Shown here in pieces: positions 25,531 to 38,417 of a DNA stretch of 64,000 nt. A program made the translations under genes and the position numbers. Each line of letters begins with the position of its first letter. The stretch's first letter is position 1. The notes beneath the pieces were generated by a model. The model did no database searches. It was not told the origin of the DNA and worked only from the letters and a program-made list of their open reading frames with translations. This DNA is from Octopus vulgaris (Eukaryota), in assembly GCA_951406725.2 (NCBI GenBank), contig OX597817.1, forward strand, positions 58,652,001-58,716,000, given 5' to 3'.

Positions 25531-27038
25531 CTGTAACATAAGAAGAATTATCATTAAAGACCATACAAGAGATGAGTCATTCTTCAACAACACTTTAACT
25601 GCATGGATTAAAGATTTGTCTTCTCATGCATCCTCACATCAGTTCTCAAAACCTCTTTTTCTTGGCCAGTAAAAATAAAAAATGGCTTTTACATTATATG
25701 AAACGTGGACAATTCTGGAAAGTACTCTACTACAGAAAACAAATAAAATCAGTTCTTGAGTCCCATTTGCACATCCACAGAACTGAGAATATTTGTGTTT
25801 GCTTACCGAGGGCTAAATCATGGTTGAATTCTTCAGGTTGCACACCACAAATAAATGGAATCTTTTTTTAAATAAATCATCATCATTGTCGTTTAACGTC
25901 TGCTTTCCATGCTGGCATGGGTTGGTTGACTTGACTGAGGACTGGTGAGCCAGAAGGCTGCACCAGGCTCCAGTCTGTTCTGACAAAGTTTCTACAGTTG
26001 GATGCCCTTCCTAACGCCAACCACTCCAAGAGTGTAGTGGATGTTTTTACGTGCCACCAGAACAGGAGCCAGTCAGGCGGTTCTGGCAACGACCACTCAA
26101 AAGGTGTTTTTTACATGCTACCTGCACGGGAGCCAGTTGTCTGGAGTTATTTCTAATCTCCAACTCAGTGTTACTAATGCTGAATAAAATGTATCCATAA
26201 ACACATGGATCCAAAAGGTATTCTTTTCCCCTGATATCTAACATGTGCCATACTGGTGAGTTATCACAGAGAGGTTAAAGATCTGAGACATGAGGGGCCT
26301 CAAGAAGACCTGTCCTTCACAGCTTGATGAAAAGCATTGTCCTGCAAAAGCCCTGTGCCAGTGCTGCATGAATGAGCACTTGTGCCATTACTATGTAAAA
26401 GTGCTCACGCTGGTACCATGCATCACACACTGTAAAGTGGTGGGCATTTGGAAAGGCATCCAGCTGTAGAAACAAAAGGTAAAACAGACTGGAATCTGGT
26501 GCAGCTCTCTTGCCAGCTCTGATCAAATCACCCATACCAGCATGGAGGATGATGATGATGAATCATTAACTTTTGGCAGGACCACGAAAGCTTAACAAAT
26601 CTAAGTATGTCCCCCTATTATACTTCCACATCCTTCACTACTTTGGCCCATTTGGTTGAGGTAGGTGTGGGGGTCTTGTCTTGCAAGTTGCTTGGTGACC
26701 TCATTAGTTCCAGTGCCATGGATAAAAAGCTCCCAGTGCACTCTGTAAAGTAGTTGGTCTTAGAAAGGGCATCCAGCCGTAGAAACCAGGCCAAAGCAGA
26801 TGCTGGAGCTTGACGCAGCCCTCTGGGAGCCCTCAGTTCTTGTCAAACCATTCAAAGCCAGGCAAATGGGACATAGGATGACAAGACCAGCATGTTCTGG
26901 GCAAGTTCTTTGTAAATTGGAGTTTTGGTAGGAATTTTGTCCTTTGCAGTTTCTTTTGGTTCCAGTCATCTCAGTATATCATAAAAGATCCTAAAATAAA
27001 ATCAAGAAAATAATGACAGATAAAAAAATAGGACTCAC

Positions 27039-27113
27039 CTTCCGTGATAAGGATCTGCATACCCAGGTAGCTGTTTCACACCTAACTGCTTCAGATATGT
27101 GTCATTCAGAGTT
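27039..27113 (-). CDS. COLGALT1: COLGALT exon (75 nt)
   Basis: ttgtag acceptor, gtgagt donor; (K)TLNDTYLKQLGVKQLPGYADPYHG(R). Phase 2-2 fits both neighbours. Confidence 0.93.
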
Positions 27114-28229
27114 CTACAAACAAACAAATTCCTATGTTAAAACAGACCAGCCATCATTATTGGATGTCATTCTATCCAACAGACAATGGGGGGGGGGGTT
27201 AAAAAGTCATTATAGATATGGGCACAATGCCTTGCAGTATTTATTTCTGAGTTCAAATCCTGCCGAGGTCAGTCTTTCCCTTTCAACCACAAGAAATCCA
27301 TAAAATAGAGTTGTCAAGTGATGTTGGGGCGACACAGACACACATATATATGATGGGTTTCTTTCAGTTTCCGTCTACCAAATCCACTCACAAGGCTTTG
27401 GTCGGCCTGAGGCTATAGTAGAAGACACTTGCCCAAGGTGCCATGCAGTGGGACTGAACCCGGAACCATGTGTTCCAAACAATTTTTAGTTGAATGAATT
27501 GACTCCAAGACCTTTTTTTTTTTTTTTTTGAAGCCTGGTACTTATTCTATCAGTCTCTTTTGCGGAACTGCTAAGTTACTGGGACATAAAACACACCAAC
27601 ACCAGTTGTCAAGCAATTATGGGGGGGGACAGACACAAAGATGTACGTGCACACACACATACACACAAATACACGCATACAAAGGGCTTCTTTCAGTTTC
27701 TGCCTACCAAATCCACTCACAAGGTTTTGGTCATCCCAAGGCTATAATAGAATACATTTGCCCAATGTGCCAAGCAGTGGGCCTGAACCCAGAAACATGT
27801 GGTTGGGAAGTAAACTGTTTATCCATTCAGGACATGCCTGTAAAACACAGAAAACTGCCGAGCACTATTTGGAGTATCAACTGATTGTCGATGGCAACAG
27901 TTGTTTTATGTTTTATGGTTGTTCTTCAACCAATAACCTGGTCCAAATGCCTACAACAGATCAGACTCCACAAAAGGCACCCACAGGGGCCCAGCGATGG
28001 TTTTGAGCTGAGTGCTGGATTCGATCTACCTCTGAAGAATGTGTTTAAAAGGAAAGAGCATTACTTTCCACACAGTATATATAATAATAATTAAAATATT
28101 GCTGTATCTGCAACAACGGTGGTGCTTGTATGTTATATCCAATGTGCAAGCATGTGAAGCTGCCATTCTGTGCATCACAGATAATGCAGAAGGAGCAGAG
28201 AAAAGGACTAAAATAGGACATTATTTATG

Positions 28230-28513
28230 TTATTTACATTTGATGGATATTTGTCCTCATCTTGTTTGTTGTTAACATAAAGTTTTGGCTGATATACTCA
28301 CCAGCCTTCATCAGGTTGTCTTGAGGAAATTTCAAACCTGGGTTCTCATTCCTAAGGTATTTTTCGATATTATTATTATTATTATTATTATTCAGGTCAC
28401 TGCCTGGAATTGAACTCGGAATCTTGGGGTTAGTAGCCCACACTCTTAACCACTACACCATATGAGGACAAATATCCATCAAACGTAAATGTACATAATT
28501 CCTCATCTCTTAA
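28230..28513 (-). mobile_element. tRNA-headed, hammerhead-bearing element with inverted terminal fragment (copy 1)
   Basis: Minus strand: head TGGTGTAGTGG...GAGTTCAATTCC, (AAT)n, then CTGATGA-AGGCTGG...TCAGCC-AAAA. An inverted tail fragment lies at about 28462-28513. Confidence 0.75.
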
Positions 28514-29723
28514 TCTGTAGAGAGGGCATGTTAGAGAGTATAGCGCTAGGCATCCCTAACAAAATGATGAAAGGGTCCAGACTGGAAAGGCATCTGATTA
28601 TAGGCCTGTTCAGTCAGGGCTACCAGGGGCTAAATAACATCACCATCTCAAATACAGCTACACATACAATACTCAACACGGCCAAAATTATAAAACCATA
28701 ACTGGACATACAGCAACAAAGCCTGGCATCTTTTTTCCTCTGTTGTTAACAGACAAAGGGCTGTGACATGTGTCAAGGTGCTGTGTTGATAAAGACCTTT
28801 CGACCCATGCAATCATCATCATTTAACGTCCGCTTTCCATTGCAGCATGGGTTGGACGATTGACTGAGGGCTGGCAAACCAGATGGCTGCACCAGGCCTC
28901 AATCTTGATCTGGCAGGGTTTCTACAGCTGGATGCCCTTCCTAACGCTAACCACTCCGAGAGTGTAGTGGGTGCTTTTACGTGCCAGTCAGGCGGTACTG
29001 GCAACCGCCTCGCTCGAATCCTTTACACATGCCACCAGTACAGGTGCCAGTAAGGCAATGCTGGTAACGATCATGCTCGAATGGTGTCTTTTACATGCCA
29101 CCAGCATGGAGGTCAGATAGCCGCTCTGGTAATGATCACACTCGGATGGTGCTCTTAATACCCTACTAGCACGGGATCGAGTGCCAGTAAGGTGAGAGAA
29201 AACAAAACAAAAACAGACATGGCTGTGTGGTTAAGAAGCTTGCTCCCCAACAATGTGGTCCTGGGTTCAATTCCATTACATGGCATCTTGGATGAATGTT
29301 TTCAATTATGGTCCCAATCTGACCAGAGCCTTGAAAATAGATTTGGTAGACAGAAACTGAAAGAAGCCTGTCAAATGTATACGTTTATATTTGTGTGTGT
29401 TTGTGTGCATTGTGGTCTTCATGTCATGTGATGGTCGTAAATAAGATTCGCCATCATACAAGTGGTGTAGTTCATTTCTGGTCTTTTGAAAAAAAAAAAA
29501 AAAAATTATGTCTGGCCATCAAGAAATATTACCTTGCTTGGAAATAGGTGAGGAGAATTGGCCAAAGAAAAAGGAAGGGGATTTAGCCAAAGAAAAAAAA
29601 ATCTGCCTCGAAAAATTCCATCTGACCCATACAAGTTGGTAAAATGGACATTAATTGATGATAATGAATGGATGGAGAACAATGATGAGGATGGGGATGA
29701 TGAGAGAAAAACTGATGACATAC

Positions 29724-29830
29724 TTTCCATCAACTGCATTCAAAATAAAGATTTCAATGCCAAGTTCTCTCAGAGAAGTAAGCATTTTCCGTCTTCTTTC
29801 TGGACGTCGGATCAAATTAATGAGATATAC
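29724..29830 (-). CDS. COLGALT1: COLGALT exon (107 nt)
   Basis: ttgcag acceptor, gtatgt donor; VYLINLIRRPERRRKMLTSLRELGIEIFILNAVDG(K), the start of the GT25 domain (YLINL.RR..RR...AVDG). Confidence 0.96.
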
Positions 29831-30413
29831 CTGCAAGAGAAGAGATAGTCTTTAGAACACAGTGCGTGCGTGTGTGAGAGAGAGAGAGAGAGTGTGTGTG
29901 TGTGTGTGAGAGAGAGTTGTTTGCTACTCCATGTTTCTGTTCAATATTTAAATAATCCCTGTAGTTTAAAGGTGTCTATCACTGGATGAAGGCTCCAGCT
30001 TCTATTTTCGGGATACAATCAGTGATAACGAACATCCATACTTGTTATCGCCATAATGAGAACGAAGAAGTAAGCAAGATAAAAGATTTGTGACCATCTC
30101 TTTTATCATACTTTATATCAGAGAGGAAAAAGTCTAATAAACACACGATCCAATAATATTCTTCAAACATAATCAGTTTTTAACAGCAGCTAGATTAATA
30201 TTAATTACTTAATTAATTCACCAGCAACAGGAGCAACAGTGATACGTAATAACTGTAGACAAGAAATGCATTGTTTTACATTATGACTGTGTGCTTGACA
30301 AATTTGTTTCACAACTACATGGAATGGTGTTGTTGATGTAGTAGATGAGGTGTACTGGGATGTGGAGCAGTGTTGTGGTAGAGATTAGTGTGTGGTGTGG
30401 TGTTGATATTTAC

Positions 30414-30490
30414 CTGATCAAAGCCAAGTTTGCTACTTTTAACTCGTTGGAAAGAAATGAAACGAGAGGGACGGAGTTGGGGCTCGATAA
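30414..30490 (-). CDS. COLGALT1: COLGALT exon (77 nt)
   Basis: tttcag acceptor, gtaaat donor; (V)IEPQLRPSRFISFQRVKSSKLGFDQ with the conserved KLGFD. Confidence 0.93.
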
Positions 30491-30529
30491 CTGAAATAGG
30501 AAACAAAATATGAATTAGAATGTCTGTAA

Positions 30530-30570
<41 letters not shown>

Positions 30571-30966
30571 CGTTCAGCAAAATTTAGATTCAGATGAATA
30601 TGGTACTTAAGTTAAAGGCACCAGAATTTGGTATGGTATTATCCATATAAATCGAATGGGGTGATTATAATCAAAATAAGCAACAAGGATATCCAAGGTA
30701 GAGTAGTACAATTGTTTCATGCTACTTCATCTTATTAAACACTAAGTATTACATCAGTTTTAAAATGTCGAGCAATCCTCAGCCACATATAGATTTTTTT
30801 TAATTAAATGGACAATGTACATTTTTATACTTACTCTATATGTGGCTGAAGATTGCTCGACATTTTCAAACTGATGTAATACTTACAGTGTTTAATAAGA
30901 TGAAGTAGCATGAAACAATTGTACTACTCCACCTTGGATATCCTTGTTGCTTATTTTGATTTTATA
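30571..30966. mobile_element. Penelope-like inverted repeat with a hammerhead motif in each arm
   Basis: Arms 30666-30793 and 30835-30966 are reverse complements; the element is flanked by (TA)n. Confidence 0.75.
30842..30927 (+). ncRNA. Type I hammerhead ribozyme motif with long stem II loop (mirror copy on minus strand, about 30704-30786)
   Basis: GTGG-CTGAAGA-T-TGCT...AGCA-T-GAAA-CAATTGT-A-CTAC: intact CUGANGA and GAAA cores, palindromic stem III ACAATTGT, GUA cleavage triplet, stem I GUGG/CUAC. Confidence 0.6.
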
Positions 30967-30982
30967 TATATATATATATATA

Positions 30983-31495
30983 CTAGCAGTATCGCCCGGC
31001 GTTGCTCGGGTTTGTAAGGGAAATAACTATATAAGCATTTTTAGAGAGTTACTTCCCTTATAGATGCCAATTTGGGCTTTCTTAGCCATTTCTGTTTTGG
31101 TGTCTTCAAGCCATGAAGTCGTTGTTCTAAAAGAACGCTGGTCTCCTTGACAACGCTTTACGACATTGATTTCCTTACACTCCCTTCCCCACAGCTTCAC
31201 GAGGGAGGGAAGAAGGGGGAGAAGCAAACAGGTGCAGGTGTGACCATGGACGCCAACTCTGCCGCCATCGACACACGAAAAATTATGCATTAAAATGAAA
31301 TAAAAAATGATGTTAAATTATTTTTAAAATCGTAGACTCATCGTAGACGCGCGCTAATACTCAGACGGGCTCGATATGAATCACGACTATAAGATACCCG
31401 AATTTGGTTAAACTGCACCGCAAAATGTGGGAGTAGTTAGGAATCTAAATCGAAGGGGACAGACACTCACACAACTACAGTTTTATATATATAGA
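30983..31495 (-). mobile_element. Non-autonomous Helitron, copy 1
   Basis: Minus strand starts A|TCTATATATATAAAA and ends with hairpin CCCGAGCAACGCCGGG, 8 nt, then CTAG|T. Shares both ends with 62229-62621. Confidence 0.85.
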
Positions 31496-32106
31496 TATAT
31501 ATATAGATATATATAGATACATACATACACACACGCAACTAAATACATGCGTAATACAATAATGGTGATGTTCTGAACTGTTGTATGGGAATGTAAATAT
31601 GTTTGCAAATTGTTTTCGTTACATGTTATTCTGTGCTCTGAATACTTTTATTTTAATAAATGTTGCTTACTGCAAGGTATGGATGATTCTTTTATGACTT
31701 CATTGCTTTCAGGCTTAGCTTAAGGTATTTTCGTGCTCGACATCACAAAATGCATCTGAATAAACATTGCCGGACAGCAAATAGAGACTCAGACATTGCT
31801 TAGAGAATATTTTTCATTTTTAACCTCGTATATAGTACGCACTAGGGATTTTGACCATTAAATTTTGGGGGGAAAATGCGGATTATACTCGAGGATTTAT
31901 GGTAATACATATATGTATATACATATATATATATATGTACATGTATGATATATATACACATGTATGTATGCGTGTGTACAGTGTGTGGACATCTTTGACT
32001 TGGTCTGGTGCTGCTGAAATCAACAAATTCTTCATTCTAATCGCATAGGTTATTTTTTTTCTAACATGAGAAAACAAAGCTGCTGCTATCGTGGCAGGAG
32101 ACTCAC

Positions 32107-32226
32107 CAATCATTTCCAGTTTAATGTGCAGAAACTGTTCAACCTCATCTTCTAAAGAATCTTTTGACTCTAAAGGAACCATAAGATGTCCAAAAAATTC
32201 TGTGTTGATGATATGCATCGACATTC
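32107..32226 (-). CDS. COLGALT1: COLGALT exon (120 nt)
   Basis: caacag acceptor, gtgagt donor; (G)MSMHIINTEFFGHLMVPLESKDSLEDEVEQFLHIKLEMI; phase 1-1. Confidence 0.94.
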
Positions 32227-32670
32227 CTGTTGAAAACACAAAACAAAAAATACAATATTAACATAAAGATGGTAAACTAGCAGACTGCAGATTGGTAAAT
32301 GGTTCTAAGGTTCTATTTTTTTAAAATATATTTTACATAAATTCTACTCTATTCTTTATTAACAGGTATCATCAGATTGGGGTGTGTACACCTGAGTGCT
32401 ATGTATAATACCAAACTCCCTCTCACACACACATCAAATTACCTTAAAAAGGAAAATACACATTGGATAGTATGGTTCTAGATTTTTCTATATTCTTTTT
32501 TCGTGCAAAATCTAGAAGGGGCAGAGCCGAGGCCCTTCAAGACTACTGAGATTGATGTCATTTATGATCCTTTGCTTGTCAAGCCCTGAAGAATAGTCAT
32601 GAGCAGGGAAGCAACTCTAAGATGGCTGAGACTCTGGGAAGAAAAAAACTAGGCAAAGTGATTGATTAAT

Positions 32671-32907
32671 ACAGTTCTGTATTTAAGAGATGAGGAATTA
32701 TGTACATTATTTACATTTGACGGATTTTTGTCCTCATCTTGTTTGTTGTTAACACAATATCTCGGCTGATATACCCTCCAGCCATCATCAGGTGTCTTGG
32801 CGAAATTTTGAACCTGGGTTCTCATTCCTAAAGTATTTTTCAATGTTGCTGTTGTTATTATCATTATTATTCAGGTCACTACCTGGAATCGAACTCGGAA
32901 TCTGGGG
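32671..32907 (-). mobile_element. tRNA-headed hammerhead-bearing element, copy 2 (head truncated)
   Basis: B box GAGTTCGATTCC, (AAT)n, ACAC-CTGATGA-TGGCTGG...TCAGCC-GAGA-TATT-GTGT, and a complete tail. Confidence 0.75.
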
Positions 32908-33103
32908 AGAGATGACCACAAAAGGAGTGATGAGAAGAGAAGAGGTGAATGGGTCAAGAATGCCAGGGTGGAGAAGTGGTATGAACCTTGCCAGCTGCAA
33001 GAAGCAGAGACTAACAGTAGCAGGAGAGAGAGAGGCTGGAGTGTTTCTGTAAGTCCCTTTCTGCCAATCAGTTGGATGCCTGTTTCTGGATGTTTGTTTA
33101 GGA

Positions 33104-33388
33104 CAGGGCTGGCCAACCTGAGGCCCGTACACTTTTATCTTGTGGCCCACTTGATACTTTCTTGAAACATATTTTAAATTTTATCAAAAATTAAAGATTG
33201 TAATGAAAAGTAAAAAAGGAAGATACTACTCTTTTTGCAACGATAATATTTCATGTTGAATCAATGATCATTCATTCGTTATTGTAATAATAGCATGAGA
33301 AAGCAAAATGCTTTCAGTTCTGTCAGTATAGAAGCGGCCCTCAAAACACTTTCTGTGATTAAAGTGGCCCACGATTCGAGTTGACCTG
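33104..33388. mobile_element. hAT (Charlie-like) MITE
   Basis: 5' CAGGGCTGGCCAACCTGAGGCCC, sub-terminal GCGGCCC/GTGGCCC motifs, 3' ...GTTGACCTG. 8-bp TSD GTTTAGGA / GTCTAGGA with one mismatch. Confidence 0.75.
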
Positions 33389-34570
33389 GTCTAGGATGTC
33401 TGAGTGCACAGCAACGGTACAGTGCCAAATGTGAAAGGAACAAATACTTCACTGTCAGCCTCACGTGAGCTTTGCAAAGTGTCAGTAAGTGAAGGATTAC
33501 TGCTGGAGATCACAGCTGAATCTGGGACTAAATAACAACAACCAACAGATATTATATAGCAAGCATAAAATCCTGTTGCTGTCGATTTTTGCCCTCTAGG
33601 CTGTTTGGGTTTTGATGTACCCCAGTCAGTTGGCGATCTCCTTGATATTATATAAACTTCTGTTGCAAATTGCAATGTGTACCTACCCCGCATATGGTTG
33701 GCACATTTAAAGAGATCAAAGATGCGAGGTATTAATATCAAAATCAGTATCCATTTCTTCAGAGTTTGGATGAACAGACTTCTGGGTTATGGGCCCAACA
33801 CGTTTCCAACACATCACTCTGCTCAGCTAATAATACTTAAGCAAATATATAATGTAATATTTCTTCTATTGTCTTTTTCTGGTTTCCATTATGTCTATTA
33901 CATCGTTCATCATAAGCCATTTCTTGTAGAAATATATTCCTCTGCATTGGACCATTTCAAATGCCATCATCGTTTAACGTCCGCTTTCCATGCTAGCATG
34001 GGTTGGACGGTTCAACAGGGGTCTGGGAAGCCAGGAGGCTGCACTAGGCTCCAGTCTGATTTGGCAGTGTTCCTACAGCTTGATGCCCTTCCTAATGCCA
34101 ACCACTCCGTGAGTGTAGTGGGTGCTTTTTACGTACCACCAGCACAGGGGCCAGGCAAGGCTGGCAACAGCCACGATCGGTTGGTATTTTTTACATGCGA
34201 CTGGCACGGAAGCCAGTCGTGGAGGTGCAGGCATCGGCCACAGTCGGATGGTGCTTTTTACATACCGGGTCTTCTCACACACAGTATATTTCAAAATGTA
34301 TGAAATACAAGAACTACACCATACACGCTTCAGCACTGGGATGTTAATTGACTCTCTGAAAGACGAGGTTCCTCTTTACCAATACTCTGAGAGTCACGTG
34401 CAGAGATCCAGGCATTGCAAAGTTTTGCTGGGTGTCTCTTCATTTGCCATTTTCTGATCAACCAGAAACAATCCAATTCTATAAATGTTTTCCCAGCAAA
34501 CTTGTTAATGTGTAATTAAGTTAACCCACACTAATTAGCCATGACAACTGGAATATATTTTAAGACTTAC

Positions 34571-34775
34571 CGGCATATTTGGCAGCAAAAGCAAACTGAA
34601 TGATATCATCAAACGGCCCCTTATATCCAGGTGGGGCTTTCTTGAATGACAGTTTCCTCACCCCAACATGGTTCATATCAATCAGGTAGACAGAATGAAC
34701 CATTGGTACTTCAAAGCAACCCTGTTTGTTCCACCGGACGATTGGTTCATAATCTGGTGTTCTTTGATAATATCC
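34571..34775 (-). CDS. COLGALT1: COLGALT exon (205 nt)
   Basis: Not in the ORF track. cttcag acceptor, gtaagt donor; GYYQRTPDYEPIVRWNKQGCFEVPMVHSVYLIDMNHVGVRKLSFKKAPPGYKGPFDDIIQFAFAAKYA. Confidence 0.97.
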
Positions 34776-35271
34776 CTGAAGAGAGACAAAAAAAAAAAAA
34801 ACAAGACAATGGATTGTATTTTAGAGTTGTTGGTTCACCATCATCATTACTATTTGTAAATCCCACAATGAGAGATATTCAGCAAAAGTACTTTGGAGTA
34901 AAGATTGTTTGCCAACATAACATGGTAGTCCTGGTTTAGGACAAATGTTGCTGTTATTTAGCCCCAGGAGACATCGTAAATATGAGGTAAATAAAAGAGA
35001 GTGGAGAAAGAGCTAGGAGTGTGGGTGGATGGGGGAACAGAAAATGGTGGGGAGATAGATAACAACTGCAAAGATTGGGTAGAGTTGAAGGGTGGATGTT
35101 GGGAATGATGGGTATAGGGTGGGGATGACCAGTGATGCAGATATGGTTGAGTAGGTCATGATGCTAGACAACTGGCAACAAAGTGAATGTGTTGTGTCCT
35201 TGTACAAGCTAAATAATACTGCTGGCTCCAGGGGTGCCCGGCAAACAAAATACAGGGTTTAATGTAGTCCT

Positions 35272-35334
<63 letters not shown>

Positions 35335-36137
35335 CATCATCGTTTAACGTCTGTTTTCCATGCTGGCATGGGTTGGACGGTTTGACCGGGGCCTGGGAAA
35401 CCAGGAGGCTGCACCAGGCTCCAGTCTGATCTGGCAGTGTTTCTACAGCTGGATGCCCCTCCAAACACCAGCCACTCCATGAGTGTAGTAGGTGCTTTTT
35501 ACACCGGCACAGGTGCCAGGGGAGGCTGGCAGCGGCTATGATCGGTTGGTGCTTTTTATGTGCCACCAGCACGGAAGCCAGTCAAGGAGGTGCTGGCATC
35601 AGCCACGTTTGAAAGGTGCTTTTTACGTGCCACTGGCACAGGTATCATAACTACAATTTCCATTTGATAATATAAAAAATTTTTAAAAACATGGTAGTTG
35701 TGACTGGAATACTTTAATCATAAATCATTAGTCTGCTAAATCATGGCACTTGAGAAGACTCCTCATTGGCTCAAGTTTCTAAATCAAAAGAAAGATACCA
35801 TGTTAGATGATTCTCAATTACATGGAATGGAACATAAAATGGTATTCTATAAAAGAACAATCCCAGAAAAGTACCAGTCATCAACGGTTCCACTATTTAC
35901 CATTATATTCCCAAACTATCCAGTCACCAGAGCCACTGCAGACAAAACTCAAAGACTATCATGAACAGAATCAGTTCCATTCTATGCTGGTCATTTGTTG
36001 GTTATCTTTTGGTCTGTCGGAGTTCTATGACTGTTTAAACACTTAACAAGACAACGGAAGACAGAAGAAAAACTAAACCCAAGAACGGCAATCAGAAGAA
36101 CACAAGAACAATAGGAATGGTAATATATTTTACTTAC

Positions 36138-36213
36138 ATATTCATTAATCCCACACCAGAAGTTGGAGTAGAGGCTGTCGGTTGATACATTAAGCTGAGG
36201 TGAAATAATGGGT
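36138..36213 (-). CDS. COLGALT1: COLGALT exon (76 nt)
   Basis: tttcag acceptor, gtaagt donor; (K)PIISPQLNVSTDSLYSNFWCGINEY with the YSNFWCG motif. Confidence 0.95.
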
Positions 36214-38352
36214 CTGAAAACAAAAGGAAACAAAATCTAAAGAAGCTGAAAGGAAACGCTGGGAATGGATGGTAGGGTAGTGGGGAGTACGAAGATGTAG
36301 CAACAATAGTTCGTTAACATCAGAAGTAATGCAACCAATTAAAATAATGCTATTGTTCACAACCACACACAAAAAAAAAGAAATTAGAGAGAGAGAGTGA
36401 GAGTTATGTTTTTAAAGATATTACAATTTTATTAATTAATTTTCATTTTTTTTGTATTTTGTAAGTTTTTAATTTGTTATTTACATAATAGGAGAAATAA
36501 TAGAAAGAAAGTTAATAATGCGTGTTTGTTCTTATTATATCTAATTATTGTGTTTTCATAGAAATTCCCTACATGGGTCTGGAATTGTTAATTTAGAAGA
36601 AAATGGTTGTGAGAATCCGGTTATTTCAATCGTTACTGTCAAAGGTATAAAGTAATTAAGTACTTTGTATTTGCCAGTTAATTACATTTCATTCTGATAC
36701 CTCTGCCCTCGCCAACTTAACGATGTCTCAGCTTCTTTCACTACTTATACACATACAAAAGATGGCTGATGAAGTAGAATCTAGTTCATAGGGGGCAGGC
36801 ATGGCTGTGTGGCAAGAAGTTTGCTTCCCAACCACATGGTGCAGGGTTCAGTCCCACTGCATTACACCTTAGGCAAGTGTTATGCAGTTATCCTCAGACT
36901 GACCAAAGACTTGTGAGTGGATTTGGTAGATGGAAACTGAAAGAAGCCCATCATGTATATCTGTGTGTGTATGTGTGTGTTTGCATCTCCATAGCTTAGT
37001 GGTTCGGCAAAAGATATCAAGAGAATATGTACTGGTTCTATATTTAAGGGATGAGGAATTATGTACATTATTTACAACAAACAAGATGACAAATATCCGT
37101 CAAATGTAAATAATGTAAATAAGTACCGGGATTAAAAAAATTTTTTCAAGGTGGTGCCCCAGCATGGCTGCAGTCTGATAACTGAAACAGGTAAAAAAAT
37201 ATAAAACCTCCAACATGCTGTGTTCAAATCCTATTCAATTCAATTTTATCTTTCTTATAGGGACAATTGCTAAGTAAACACAGCAATGTCACTGAACACA
37301 CTGCCTCATGAAGGTCACTGCTAGCTCTCACTGCACATGCAGCCATGTGCTGCCCTCTGTTGGCATGCTACAGAACTAGTCTGGGAATGTTTTGATACCA
37401 CCTCGTATGCATTTTTGTAAGTTACTAACGGTGACAAGCAGGCAAAATAATTACCAACGCCAGAAAACGCTTAATGGCATGTCTCCAGACCTTTACATTC
37501 TGAGTTCAAATTCCACAGAGGCCAAATTTGCCTTTTGTACCTTAAAAGTTGATAAAGTATCAGTCGAATGCTGAGGTTGGTGTAACCACCTTCCCCCTCC
37601 TCTCAAAATCGGAAAGGATTATTTTAATTGACCATCTGAAAGTGACCATTTGTAGGTGCAGGTGGGGGGAGGGGGGTTGCTTCCTACATGACTTCAGGTT
37701 CCATCCCAGTGCACAGCACTTTGGGCAAGTGTCTTCTACCATAGCCTTAGGCTGACCAAAGCCTCATGACTGGATTTGGTAGATGGTAACTGAAAGAAGC
37801 CTGTCATATATGTGCGTGTGTGTGTACCAGTGTTTGTCCCCCACCACTGCTTGACAACCGTGCTGGTGTGTTTACATCCCTGTAACTTAGCAGTTCAACA
37901 AGAGAGATCTATAGACTAAGTACCAAGCTTAGAAAAAAAAAACTAAGTCCTGGAGTCAATTTGTTTGAGTAAAACCCAATAAGGTGGTGCTCCAGCAAGG
38001 CCACAGCCAAAATGACTGAAACAAATACGATAAAAGATTCGACTGTATGGTAGCAAATCCCAAATTGCTCCACATATTTAGGACATGAATTGACGAAGTG
38101 CAAGAACAGTGCCACGCCATGTCGGCAGATTACCACAACCAAACATATGGAAGCGAACTTAGCAGACATGAAACAATGCTGCTTCATACCAGAAGACAAG
38201 GTTCCTTCGTACCATAAGCAATTAGAAATAACAGAACGGTTATTGCAAACATGTGTTGCATCTTTTAAACTAAACACATAGGAAAAAAAAGAACACAAAG
38301 ACAGACAGATAATAGCAAGATCAGAGAAAAAAAACAAGCCATAAACACTTAC

Positions 38353-38417
38353 TTGTTCTGATGTATGAGAATGGAAAACAAGTCTTGGTTCTCAATGACA
38401 ATATCAGCATCCATCAA
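38353..38417 (-). CDS. COLGALT1: COLGALT exon (65 nt)
   Basis: tttcag acceptor, gtaagt donor; LMDADIVIENQDLFSILIHQN(K) with the N-terminal-domain DXD motif (DAD). Confidence 0.92.

Noticed and set aside
33677-34303. Longest ORF in the track (208 aa)
   Set aside because: A chance read-through from unique intron sequence into the antisense strand of an RTE 3'UTR; the same peptide (FLQLDALPNANHS) recurs in many repeat copies.
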